Made by a program: the position numbers and the translations under genes
Notes under the pieces: model-generated
The model's input: the letters and a program-made list of their open reading frames with translations, nothing else
Told to the model about the DNA's origin: nothing
Databases searched by the model: none
Assembly: GCA_039683575.1 (NCBI GenBank)
Contig: JBDKRC010000196.1
Coordinates: 23,720-87,719 of the forward strand
Length of the DNA: 64,000 nucleotides
DNA from: Armatimonadia bacterium
GTDB taxonomy: Bacteria; Armatimonadota; Zipacnadia; Zipacnadales; UBA11051
Direction: 5' to 3'
Shown here: positions 1 through 9,172 of the stretch, one piece after another
Numbering within the stretch: position 1 is the stretch's first letter
How the letters are laid out: the number at the start of each line of letters is the position of its first letter

Positions 1-201
1 AGGACCATCGAGGAACTGGGCGTCTATGGCCCGGTTCTGGATCCGCCGCTGATGCAGATCAACACCGAGCGGGCGCTGCACTGGCTGATGGAAGGCGCCC
101 AGCCGTCCGATACGGCCCGGTCGCTGCTATCGAAGTCCGGCGTCATGACTTCGTTTGCTGAGGCCCAGAAGGCGCGCAAGCAGGCTGTGGCGACCGAGTA
201 G
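1..201 (+). CDS. rpsP: 30S ribosomal protein S16, C-terminal part (truncated by window start)
   Basis: Frame 1 reads RTIEELGVYGPVLDPPLMQINTERALHWLMEGAQPSDTARSLLSKSG...TAG(199-201). Contains the S16 W-x3-GAQPSDT motif and lies upstream of khpA/rimM/trmD. Not in the ORF track. Confidence 0.95.
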   Translation, partial: RTIEELGVYGPVLDPPLMQINTERALHWLMEGAQPSDTARSLLSKSGVMTSFAEAQKARKQAVATE

Positions 202-298
202 CGGGACGTCTGTTCTCAGGCATACAACCGCCGGCGCAAGCCAAAACGCCCTGTCACTGCCACGTGCGGGGCGATTCTGAACTCTAGGGGCCAGGCAA

Positions 299-529
299 AT
301 GGTCGAACTAGTTGAGTACATGGTCAAGGCCCTCGTGGACGAGCCCGAGGCCGTGAGCGTGTCCGCCGTCGAGGGTGACGCAGTGACCATCTATGAGGTC
401 AGTGTGGCTCCCGGCGACATGGGCAAGGTCATCGGCCGGCACGGGCGGATCGCCAACGCGTTGCGCAATGTCGTCAAAGCGGCTGCGATGAAGTCCGATC
501 AGCGGGCTACCGTGGAGATTGTCAGCTAA
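299..529 (+). CDS. khpA: KH-domain RNA-binding protein KhpA (YlqC)
   Basis: 76 aa; GDMGKVIGRHGRIANALR KH motif; canonical position after rpsP. Confidence 0.93.
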   Translation: MVELVEYMVKALVDEPEAVSVSAVEGDAVTIYEVSVAPGDMGKVIGRHGRIANALRNVVKAAAMKSDQRATVEIVS

Positions 530-639
530 GAAGTGTGAGCAGCCGTTGAGGCCGATCGCGGCACGCGCCGTAGTGGTTCGCGCCGCCCGGGTAGTCCGGC
601 TTGCAGCCTTCGACTTGGAAACCATTGGAGGCGGGACGA

Positions 640-1119
640 ATGGGCGTACTTGTTAAGCGAACCGTCGTGCTGCGTGCGATCGTTACCGACCAGCTCAAGG
701 AGCAGGTCGCAGCGGAGCTTCAGGCTGCCGCCGACGAAGTCGAGCAGCGCGTTCAGCAGTTGGACTTCTCTACCAAGGCCTACATCACCGATCTGCAGCG
801 GGCCGACCTTCAGCGCGCGATGCAGGTGCGCAAGCAGGTCGAGGCTGAGAAGCAAAAGCAGACCGAGCTTCGCGACGCCCTGATGGAGCGCAAGGCTGAG
901 GTCGCCGAGCTTGAGAACGGCAAGGAAGTTGTCCGCGGCACGCTCGAGAGCTTCGTTGAGATCAACGAGGGCGACGATCTGGCAGTGCTGATGGGCGGCA
1001 CCGAGATCGTCAGCAAGGATGATATCGTGGTGGAGATCAGGCAGCGGCGTCCCGAGGAGATCCTCGATCAGACCCCGTTGCTGGCGATTCCGAGCAATGA
1101 GCAATCCAACGGCCAGTGA
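640..1119 (+). CDS. ylqD: YlqD family protein
   Basis: ATG at 640 after GGAG. VKRTVVLRAIVT N-terminus, central coiled coil, G-T-LESFVEINEGD...EIVSKDDIVVEIR C-terminus; lies between khpA and rimM. Confidence 0.82.
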   Translation: MGVLVKRTVVLRAIVTDQLKEQVAAELQAAADEVEQRVQQLDFSTKAYITDLQRADLQRAMQVRKQVEAEKQKQTELRDALMERKAEVAELENGKEVVRGTLESFVEINEGDDLAVLMGGTEIVSKDDIVVEIRQRRPEEILDQTPLLAIPSNEQSNGQ

Positions 1120-1636
1120 GTATGACGTTCAGGTAGGCAAGGTGCTGGGGGCCCACGGCCTCCGAGGCCTTTTGCGAGTGCTCCCGCTGACCGACGTGCC
1201 GGGCCGGCACCAGACTCTCGAAGAAGTGATGGTGCGGACGGCCCGTACGGCGCAGCTTTACAAAGTAGTGACGGCCACTCCCGCGCCGAAGGGCCTATGG
1301 CTCGTGCGGCTCGAAGGGGTAAACGACAGGACGCAGGCCGAGACTCTCAAGGGCGCAGAGCTGTTCGTTCGCGAGACCGACCTGCCGGAGTTGCCTGAGG
1401 GCCAGTACTATATCCACCAGATCCTGGGCCTTAGGGTCATTACGACCCAGGGACGCGAACTGGGGCCGATCACCGAAGTACTGCCTACGGGTGCCAATGA
1501 TGTCTATGTGACCCCCGCGGGTCTCCTTCCCGCCACCAATGAAGTGATCAAGCAAATTGACCTTGAGGCGGGGACGATGATAGTGGACCCACTGCCCGGG
1601 ATGATCGAGGAGCCAGCCGACGAAGATGCGGATTGA
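1097..1636 (+). CDS. rimM: Ribosome maturation factor RimM
   Basis: VGKVLGAHGLRG, GVNDRTQAETLKG, LPEGQYYIHQILGLRV and TGANDVYV motifs; start taken at ATG 1097. Confidence 0.95.
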   Translation: MSNPTASEYDVQVGKVLGAHGLRGLLRVLPLTDVPGRHQTLEEVMVRTARTAQLYKVVTATPAPKGLWLVRLEGVNDRTQAETLKGAELFVRETDLPELPEGQYYIHQILGLRVITTQGRELGPITEVLPTGANDVYVTPAGLLPATNEVIKQIDLEAGTMIVDPLPGMIEEPADEDAD

Positions 1637-2363
1637 CATCGTCACCATCTTCCCGGACTTCGTGAACCAGGCTCTGAGCTTTAGCATCATCGGGCGCGCG
1701 ATTGGCAGGGGGGCAGTTCGGGCGCAGGCTCACGACCTGCGGCAGTGGACACACGACGCGCACCGTACCGTGGATGACACGCCCTATGGCGGCGGCCCGG
1801 GCATGGTTATGAAGCCCGAGCCGTTTTTCGAGGCTCTCGACGACTTGCGCGCGGCTGATACCAATGACGCCCATGTTATTCTGCTCACCCCGCAGGGCCG
1901 CACCTTCAACCAGCGGATGGCAGAGAGGCTCTCGCAGCGCTCGCACCTGATCTTCCTGTGCGGTCATTACGAGGGCGTGGACGAGCGAGTAGCAGCGCTG
2001 GCGGATGAACAGATTTCGCTGGGGGATTTTGTACTGACAGGCGCCGAACTACCGGCACTGGTGATCACGGACGCGGTTGTGAGACTGCTTCCGGGGGTGC
2101 TCGGGAACGAGGCGTCACCGCTGGAGGAGAGCTTCAGCGGTCTTTTGGAATATCCACAATACACCCGGCCGCCGGAATATCGGGGCCTGGAAGTGCCCGA
2201 CGTGCTGCTGGGGGGGCATCACGAGCAGGTGCGGGTGTGGCGGAGAAGAGAAGCGCTGCGGCGCACGCGCGACCGTCGTCCGGATTTGCTGGCGACGGCG
2301 GAACTGAAAGACGAAGACTGGCGGCTCCTGGGCCAACTGGACGGGCCAGCCCCAGAAGATTGA
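1626..2363 (+). CDS. trmD: tRNA (guanine37-N1)-methyltransferase TrmD
   Basis: [48 protein letters not shown]. Confidence 0.98.
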   Translation: MRIDIVTIFPDFVNQALSFSIIGRAIGRGAVRAQAHDLRQWTHDAHRTVDDTPYGGGPGMVMKPEPFFEALDDLRAADTNDAHVILLTPQGRTFNQRMAERLSQRSHLIFLCGHYEGVDERVAALADEQISLGDFVLTGAELPALVITDAVVRLLPGVLGNEASPLEESFSGLLEYPQYTRPPEYRGLEVPDVLLGGHHEQVRVWRRREALRRTRDRRPDLLATAELKDEDWRLLGQLDGPAPED

Positions 2364-2373
2364 GGTGACGACG

Positions 2374-2838
2374 ATGGTTAAGACACAACTCGACCAGGTC
2401 ACGCGGCAGTATCTGAAGGCAGACTTGCCCGAGTTCATCCCTGGCGACACCGTGCGGGTCAACGTAAAGGTGACCGAGCGCGTGCGGAACCAGGAGCGGA
2501 CGCGCCTGCAGGCGTTCGAGGGCCTGGTCATCGCCCGGCGCGGCAACGGCATCAATGAGGAGTTCACAGTCCGCCGCGTTTCCCACGGCGTCGGCTGCGA
2601 GCGCACCTTCCCGATCCACTCGCCGGTTGTGGACAGCATCGAGGTCACCCGCCGTGGTGACGTCCGCCGCGCGAAGCTGTACTACCTGCGTGAGCGCGTC
2701 GGTAAGGCCGCTCGTGTGCGCGAGAAGGCCCGGCGCCCCCGGACCGAGGAGGAGCTGGCCGCGGCGAAGGCCGCCAAGGCCGCAAACCTGGCTCCGATGG
2801 CTACCGCAGCTCCGGCTGCTGAGGCTGACAGCGAATAA
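2374..2838 (+). CDS. rplS: 50S ribosomal protein L19 with Ala-rich C-terminal tail
   Basis: [51 protein letters not shown]. Start is either GTG 2365 or ATG 2374. Confidence 0.97.
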   Translation: MVKTQLDQVTRQYLKADLPEFIPGDTVRVNVKVTERVRNQERTRLQAFEGLVIARRGNGINEEFTVRRVSHGVGCERTFPIHSPVVDSIEVTRRGDVRRAKLYYLRERVGKAARVREKARRPRTEEELAAAKAAKAANLAPMATAAPAAEADSE

Positions 2839-2900
2839 CGTGAGCAGCGCGGACAGGGCGCGGGCTACCAGTTGCGGCGTAAGAGATCGAGGGACTAAGC

Positions 2901-3833
2901 ATGCTGGCCTTTGACAACGCATGGTGGATAACCAGCGCGATCGGTCTGGCCAGCTTGCTGCGTGTCTGGATGGCCAACCTCGTGCGCCTGCCCAAATGGG
3001 TGTCGTGGGCGCTGGCCGGCGTGGTGCTGATCATCGGGATCTGGCGCTTCTCGCTGGCCCTTCATGCCCAGGCCCTCATGATCACGCCGACCCCCGGAGT
3101 GCTGCGGCTGACTGTCCTCGTGACTCTGGGTGTCATCGCCCTGGTGCTGTACCTGTTTGACTACGAGCGGGCACAGAAGTACAAGGCTTCGATCCTAGAG
3201 TTCATTGATTCCGTCCTGATCGCTCTGCTCCTGGTCTTCTGCATCCTGCGGCCGTTCGTTATCCAGGCCTTCTTCATCCCCTCCGGCTCAATGCTGGACA
3301 CGCTCCAGATCAACGACCGCATCATAGTCAACAAGTTTGTGTTCTTCTTCCGTGAGCCTAAGCACGGAGAGATCATCGTCTTCCGCGCGCCGCCGCAGGC
3401 GGATCCCGGCAAGAAGGACTTCATCAAGCGCGTCATGGGGCTTCCCGGGGACCATATCTCCGTGCATGACGAGAAGGTCTGGCGGAATGGCCAGCCGCTC
3501 GACGAGCCGTACGTGAGGGAAACGATCGGATATAACTGGCCAGTTCTGGGGCGGGATACGTTTGCGCCCGGCGTGCTGGTGGACAGCACCAAGGGCGGGC
3601 GTGACTGGCCAATCATAGGTAATGATGGGATGCCAGCGAGGGTCGGCGAGGTTGTGGTGCCGCCCGGAGGGGTGCTCGTTATGGGTGATAACCGTAACGA
3701 TTCTGCCGACAGCCATGCTTGGCCCCAGTCAGACCCCACTGCGCAGAGAGAGCCGTTTGTGCCCCGGGAAAACGTACTGGGCGAGGCGAGACTGATTTTC
3801 TGGCCGCTGCGACGCATGACGCTGATTGAGTGA
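2901..3833 (+). CDS. lepB: Signal peptidase I with extended multi-TM N-terminus
   Basis: IPSGSM (catalytic Ser), DFIKRVMGLPGD (catalytic Lys), VMGDNRNDSADS box E. Confidence 0.95.
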   Translation: MLAFDNAWWITSAIGLASLLRVWMANLVRLPKWVSWALAGVVLIIGIWRFSLALHAQALMITPTPGVLRLTVLVTLGVIALVLYLFDYERAQKYKASILEFIDSVLIALLLVFCILRPFVIQAFFIPSGSMLDTLQINDRIIVNKFVFFFREPKHGEIIVFRAPPQADPGKKDFIKRVMGLPGDHISVHDEKVWRNGQPLDEPYVRETIGYNWPVLGRDTFAPGVLVDSTKGGRDWPIIGNDGMPARVGEVVVPPGGVLVMGDNRNDSADSHAWPQSDPTAQREPFVPRENVLGEARLIFWPLRRMTLIE

Positions 3834-3862
3834 GGGGTGGCGGGGAACCTTGAGTGCCTATT

Positions 3863-3891
3863 TGAGCCACCCCTTATTAGCGGGTGGCTCA
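3863..3891 (+). terminator. GC-rich hairpin after lepB (possible terminator)
   Basis: TGAGCCACCC (3863-3872) pairs with GGGTGGCTCA (3882-3891); no U-tract. Confidence 0.35.
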
Positions 3892-4050
3892 CGCGTTCTC
3901 GGGGGCGGGCGGTTCGAGATTGCCCTTCAACCATCACACCACAATGTTGTATAATGATTTGAATATGAGCAGTGCCAACTGCCGTCTGTTCCCCGGCGGC
4001 CGCGAAACACTTCAGACGAGACTTTCATCTTCCCTGAGAGGGGGAATAGC

Positions 4051-5160
4051 ATGATCCTGCTGCGCGGACTATGGTCGCTGTTTGTTGTCGCGGTAACCGC
4101 GATCGGCGTCATGGCCGGTCAGATTGTCCACACTCTTGTGGCCTATCGTCTCGATAGGCTGGACAACCTCGGGCCATACGAAAAGACTTCGTTTCACGTG
4201 GGGCTGCTTGTAGTTGGCGGCCTGATCGGCTTCCTGGTTTCGCTCTATTCCTTCCGTGCATTGGTGCATTTCGTCACGCGCCTTGAGGGCGTGTCACTTC
4301 TGGACAAGGTCTCGGCAGTCGTCGGCGTACTGCTGGGCCTGGTAGTTGGTCTGATGGCCACAGCGCCATTCGGCGCCGGGGCCTTCGGCCTGCCTATCCG
4401 AATCTTTGGCACCATGGTGTGCGTCATTCTGGGCGTCGGTTTTGCGATCAGCGCCAAACAGCAACTCATGTATGTCTTCCCGAGCCTCGCAACCCGCACA
4501 CCAGTGAGTGAAGACCAAGTGGCCGCCCGGGCCAAGATGCTGGACACTAACATCATCATTGACGGTCGGATTGCTGATATCTGTGGGACGGGGTTCCTTG
4601 AGGGTCCCATCCTGGTGCCGGGGTTTGTGCTGCGGGAACTCCATCATATCGCCGATTCCGCCGACAGTCTTAAGCGCGCTCGCGGGCGACGGGGTCTCGA
4701 GGTCCTCAATCGCCTCAACAAGATGACCGCGGCTGATGTTCACATCTTCGAGGAATACCCCGCCAGCGACCAACCCGGTGAAGAGGTTGATGTGCGGCTG
4801 GTCAAGCTCGCGAAGGAACTCGCGGCCGCAGTGGTCACCAATGACTACTCAGTCAACGAAATCGCCAAGCTGCACAATGTCAAAGTGCTGAACGTGAACG
4901 AACTGGCCGGCGCCATGCGGCCTGTCTATCTGCCGGGCGAAGAGACCATGGTCACGATCGTCAAGGAGGGCAAGGAGCCCGGTCAGGGGGTAGCCTACCT
5001 CGACGACGGCACGATGGTCGTTGTTGAGAAGGCCGCTCGTTTCGTGGGGCAGATGGTCCCCGCAGTGGTGACGAGTGCCCTGCAGACCAGCGCCGGTAAG
5101 ATGATATTCGCCGATCTGGCCACCGATGACGCAGATGCCAAGGCGGCCGGCAAGCGGTGA
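4051..5160 (+). CDS. PIN/TRAM domain membrane protein (YacL-like)
   Basis: Four N-terminal TM helices; LDTNIIIDGRIADI, ADSADSLKRARGRRGLEVL, VTNDYSVN (PIN); KEGKEPGQGVAYLDDGTMVVVE (TRAM); directly precedes ispD. Confidence 0.92.
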   Translation: MILLRGLWSLFVVAVTAIGVMAGQIVHTLVAYRLDRLDNLGPYEKTSFHVGLLVVGGLIGFLVSLYSFRALVHFVTRLEGVSLLDKVSAVVGVLLGLVVGLMATAPFGAGAFGLPIRIFGTMVCVILGVGFAISAKQQLMYVFPSLATRTPVSEDQVAARAKMLDTNIIIDGRIADICGTGFLEGPILVPGFVLRELHHIADSADSLKRARGRRGLEVLNRLNKMTAADVHIFEEYPASDQPGEEVDVRLVKLAKELAAAVVTNDYSVNEIAKLHNVKVLNVNELAGAMRPVYLPGEETMVTIVKEGKEPGQGVAYLDDGTMVVVEKAARFVGQMVPAVVTSALQTSAGKMIFADLATDDADAKAAGKR

Positions 5161-6332
5161 GTGAACGCGTCGCGGCCCTGATTGTCGCCGCCGGCTCGGG
5201 TACCCGTTTCGGCTGCGCACTTCCCAAAGTCTTCGCGCCTCTGTCAGGACGTCCGCTCCTCTGCTGGTCACTTCGTGCTTTTGGCACACATCCCGAGGTC
5301 GATGAAGTCGTTGTAGTCGCCGCCACGGAATACGCCGCCCAGGCCAGGAGCTTGTGCGAGGCTGAGCTGTCGGTGCCCTGGCAGGTGGTCGAGGGTGGCT
5401 CTGAGCGGCGGGTATCGGTGTACAACGGCCTGGCTGCGCTGCAAAGCAACCCGCCTGACATTGTGGCCATCCACGACGGGGCGCGGCCGCTGGTGAGCAG
5501 CGAGGTCATCAGTGACAGCCTGCGAGTGTGCCGGGATCATGGGGCGGCGCTGGCAGCCGTAGGGGCCGTTGACACTGTCAAGCAGGCCGACCCGAATGGC
5601 CTGGTAACCGCGACCCTGGACCGCAGCAATATCTTCCTCGCCCAGACCCCGCAGACGTTCTCCTACAGGCTCATATTTGACGCACACGAGCGGGCCGCGC
5701 GGGAGCAGTGTGAAGTCACCGATGATGCGATGCTGCTTGAGCGATTCGGTTCGCCGGTGCATCTGAGCCGCGGGGAGAGCCACAACCTGAAGATCACCAT
5801 GCCGGAGGACCTGAAGTTGGCAGAATGGTTGCTCCAAGGCCAGAACCCCGCGCCACGAGTGGGGCACGGCTACGATCTGCACCGGCTGGTGGAGGGGAGA
5901 CGGCTGGTGCTCGGCGGGATCGAGATACCACACACCAAGGGCCTGCTCGGCCATTCTGACGCCGATGCGGCGCTGCATGCCATCTGTGACGCCATCCTGG
6001 GGGCCTGCGCGCTGGGCGACATAGGCCGGCATTTCCCCGACACGGACGCTGCCTACAAGGACGCCGACAGCCGCGAACTCACGCGGCAAGTCGTTGCTTT
6101 GGCGCGCGAGGCCGGTTGGCGGGTAGGTAACGTAGATGTGACGATCATGGCCCAGGAGCCGAAGCTGGCACCGCACAATGCGGCCATGCGAGAAGCTACG
6201 GCTGCCGCTCTCAATGTGCCGGTCGAGCAGGTTAGCTTCAAAGCCACGACTAACGAAGGCCTCGACTCCATCGGACGGGGCGAGGCCATCGCGGCGCATG
6301 CTTTCATCGTTATGCTGCCGATTTCTACATAG
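5157..6332 (+). CDS. ispDF: Bifunctional IspD/IspF (MEP pathway)
   Basis: IspD: AAGSGTRFG, IHDGARPL, AQTPQTF, TDDA, NLKITMPEDL. IspF: RVGHGYDLHRL, GHSDADAALHAICDA, DIGRHFP, KATTNEGL. Confidence 0.96.
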   Translation: MSERVAALIVAAGSGTRFGCALPKVFAPLSGRPLLCWSLRAFGTHPEVDEVVVVAATEYAAQARSLCEAELSVPWQVVEGGSERRVSVYNGLAALQSNPPDIVAIHDGARPLVSSEVISDSLRVCRDHGAALAAVGAVDTVKQADPNGLVTATLDRSNIFLAQTPQTFSYRLIFDAHERAAREQCEVTDDAMLLERFGSPVHLSRGESHNLKITMPEDLKLAEWLLQGQNPAPRVGHGYDLHRLVEGRRLVLGGIEIPHTKGLLGHSDADAALHAICDAILGACALGDIGRHFPDTDAAYKDADSRELTRQVVALAREAGWRVGNVDVTIMAQEPKLAPHNAAMREATAAALNVPVEQVSFKATTNEGLDSIGRGEAIAAHAFIVMLPIST

Positions 6333-6372
6333 AATGCGAGTTCCGCTGTAGCCGGGAAGATGGAGGATTTAC

Positions 6373-8292
6373 GTGCAAGGTACCATTGCTGAGAAGATTC
6401 TGAAGGCCCATCTCGTCGAGGGCGAACTGAAGCCGGGCACTGAGATTGGGCTACGGATTGACCAGACGCTCACCCAGGACTCCACAGGGACGATGGCGTA
6501 CCTGCAGTTCGAAGCGCTTGGCGTGCCCCGGGTAAGGACCGAACTATCCGTTGCATATGTGGATCACAACACCCTGCAGTCTGGTCCTGAAAGCGCCGAC
6601 GATCACAAGTACCTGCAGACCGTGGCGGCAAAGCACGGCGTAGTTTTCTCGCGGCCCGGCAATGGGATCTGCCACCAGGTGCATCTAGAACGCTTCGGCC
6701 GGCCCGGCAAGACGCTCCTTGGGTCAGACAGCCACACCCCCACCGCGGGCGGCATTGGGATGCTCGGCATCGGCGCCGGCGGGCTGGATGTCGCGGTCGC
6801 GATGGCCGGGGCGCCCTACTTCACGCCCTGCCCGAAGGTGCTCGGCGTGAAGTTGACCGGGCAGTTGCGGGACTGGGTCTCAGCCAAGGATATCATCCTT
6901 GAGCTGCTGCGGCGCCTGTCGGTCAAGGGCGGCGTCGGGCGCATTGTCGAGTACTTTGGGCCTGGCGTGGCTTCCCTGAGTGTGCCTGAGCGGGCCACCA
7001 TCACCAACATGGGCGCGGAACTGGGTGCCACCTCTTCCCTATTCCCCAGCGATGAGCGGACGCGCGAGTTCCTGGCGGCCCAGGGGCGCGAGGATGCGTT
7101 CACTCCCCTTGCCGCCGACGAGGGCGCCGAGTATGACGAGATCGTCGAGATTGATCTGTCATCACTGGAACCCATGATCGCACAGCCGCACAGCCCCGAC
7201 GCAGTCGTAAGCGTGAGCAGCATCGCAGGGCGGAAAGTGGATCAGGTATGCATCGGCAGCTGCACCAACTCGTCCTATCGCGACATGATGATGGTTGCGG
7301 CGATCCTGCGCGGCCGCCACATCCATCCCGACACCAGTCTCACGATTTCACCTGGCTCCCGGCAGGTTCTGAAGATGCTGGCCAGCAACGGTGCCCTGGC
7401 CGATATGCTCGGGGCGGGCGCACGTGTGCTCGAGTCCGCCTGCGGCCCCTGCATCGGCATGGGCCAGGCTCCCGTGTCATCAGGGGCTTCGGCCCGTTCC
7501 TTCAACCGTAACTTCGAGGGGCGCAGCGGCACCAAGTCTGCAGACGTCTTCCTGGCCTCACCTGAGGTATGTGCCACGACGGCCCTGGCAGGGGAACTGG
7601 CTGACCCACGAGCTTTGGGGCAGGCGCCAGAGATCGCCGCGCCCGAGCGTTTTGATCTCGATGACAGCATGCTCCTGGCGCCCGCGCCGGAAGGGGCTGC
7701 GGTTGAGGTCGTGCGCGGGCCGAACATCAAACCCGTGCCGACCCGTGGGCCGCTGGCGGATACCATCGGCTTCAAGGTGCTGCTGAAGGTCGGGGATAAC
7801 ATCACAACCGACCACATCTCACCCGCCGGCGCGAAGTACCTGCCGATGCGCTCGAACGTCCCCGCGCTCTCGGAGCATGTGTTTGAGGGTGTCGATCCAA
7901 GCTTTGCGGGTCGCGCGCTTGAGACTGGCGGCGGGGCTATCGTGGGCGGGGATAACTACGGTCAGGGCTCCAGTCGCGAACATGCGGCCATGTGCCCGCT
8001 TCATCTGGGCATCCAGGCCGTGCTGGCGACCTCGTTCGCACGCATCCATAAGGCGAACCTGATCAACTTCGGCATCCTGCCCCTCGAAATCGCCAAGGAT
8101 GATTACGAGGCACTGCAGCAGGGCGATGAGTTGCAGCTTGAGGGCGTGTACCAGGGGTTGGAGCAGGGGGAACTCGTGGTGCAGAACGTGACTCAGGGGA
8201 AGGACCTGAAGGCAACGATCACGATCTCCGAGCGGCAGAGGGACATCCTGAGGGCCGGCGGGACGCTGAACTACGTGAAGCAGAACCAGTAG
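6373..8292 (+). CDS. Aconitate hydratase (short, fused aconitase-family protein)
   Basis: GICHQVHLE, LGSDSHT, IGSCTNSSY, CGPCIGMG (Fe-S ligands), SFNRNFEGR, DNITTDHISPAG, NYGQGSSREHA. Confidence 0.9.
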   Translation: MQGTIAEKILKAHLVEGELKPGTEIGLRIDQTLTQDSTGTMAYLQFEALGVPRVRTELSVAYVDHNTLQSGPESADDHKYLQTVAAKHGVVFSRPGNGICHQVHLERFGRPGKTLLGSDSHTPTAGGIGMLGIGAGGLDVAVAMAGAPYFTPCPKVLGVKLTGQLRDWVSAKDIILELLRRLSVKGGVGRIVEYFGPGVASLSVPERATITNMGAELGATSSLFPSDERTREFLAAQGREDAFTPLAADEGAEYDEIVEIDLSSLEPMIAQPHSPDAVVSVSSIAGRKVDQVCIGSCTNSSYRDMMMVAAILRGRHIHPDTSLTISPGSRQVLKMLASNGALADMLGAGARVLESACGPCIGMGQAPVSSGASARSFNRNFEGRSGTKSADVFLASPEVCATTALAGELADPRALGQAPEIAAPERFDLDDSMLLAPAPEGAAVEVVRGPNIKPVPTRGPLADTIGFKVLLKVGDNITTDHISPAGAKYLPMRSNVPALSEHVFEGVDPSFAGRALETGGGAIVGGDNYGQGSSREHAAMCPLHLGIQAVLATSFARIHKANLINFGILPLEIAKDDYEALQQGDELQLEGVYQGLEQGELVVQNVTQGKDLKATITISERQRDILRAGGTLNYVKQNQ

Positions 8293-8313
8293 TCCAATAG
8301 GCAGAGAGAAAGC

Positions 8314-8344
8314 AAAAGGGGCCGCCACAGGCGGCCCTTTTTTT
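8314..8344. terminator. Intrinsic terminator, likely bidirectional
   Basis: AAAA-G-GGGCCGCC-ACA-GGCGGCCC-TTTTTTT between convergent genes. Confidence 0.85.
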
Positions 8345-8353
8345 CGTGCCTGA

Positions 8354-9172
8354 TCAGGCGAACTCCCTGGCCAATGCCGCGTTCATCGCGACCTGGTTGA
8401 GGTCCCGCTGGAACATCCCCACCACCACTCCGTCGGTCGGCTTGATGTTCTCGAAGGCATACTTGAAGGCTTCGCGGACGCAATCTTCGCTATCGCACTT
8501 CCGGCTTGCCGCCAGGATCTTGAAGCCGAGGCAGGGCTTGTCAGTCGCCCGCATGACGGCCGTCATGCGGTCCCGGTCAGCGTCATCGTAGATCTCACCG
8601 CCGACGAATGAGAACGCCGAGCCGGTCGCAGGACGGGCAATCCCAAGGGTATAGAAGCACGTCATGTAGAAATCGACATTCCACTCGTGCTCCTCAGCAT
8701 ACTCGATGACCTCGGGACGATGACTACCCAGGCCAACGACGACCCCGCATTCGCGCATGACGTCCAGACGCGGGCGCACCTCGTCCAACCGGCCTTCGCG
8801 CCACATAGCATCGGTGCACGAGCCATGGTGGTAGATGGCGATGGCGCCGTTGGCAGCCGCCTGTCGGATGTTGCCCGGGATGTCGGCGTGCTCGGATGCG
8901 GTCTGCGCGATCCACTTTAGCTTGCCGCCCTCGTTGCGATACTCGCGGTTGGCGCGCATGATGTGGCGGTCGGCGCGGGTCTGCATGCAGTTGATCCCCT
9001 GCTTCTCCGCCTCGAACAGCGCCGCCTTGATGTTGTCGTTGGTATAGTAGTCCATGAAGGCCGTGTCCATCTCCTGCGACGTGTGCGACCCGCCGGAGAA
9101 GGGGTTGCCCCCAATGATGAGACGGGTGATCTCGTGCGGCCCCAGCTTGATCGTTGGCAGCAAATCAGACAT
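8354..9172 (-). CDS. Conserved hypothetical protein, aldo/keto-reductase-like TIM barrel
   Basis: ITRLIIGGNPFSG N-terminus, VGLGSHRPE, GFKILAASR, VVVGMF; coupled to the uvrC stop. Confidence 0.6.
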   Translation of the reverse strand: MSDLLPTIKLGPHEITRLIIGGNPFSGGSHTSQEMDTAFMDYYTNDNIKAALFEAEKQGINCMQTRADRHIMRANREYRNEGGKLKWIAQTASEHADIPGNIRQAAANGAIAIYHHGSCTDAMWREGRLDEVRPRLDVMRECGVVVGLGSHRPEVIEYAEEHEWNVDFYMTCFYTLGIARPATGSAFSFVGGEIYDDADRDRMTAVMRATDKPCLGFKILAASRKCDSEDCVREAFKYAFENIKPTDGVVVGMFQRDLNQVAMNAALAREFA

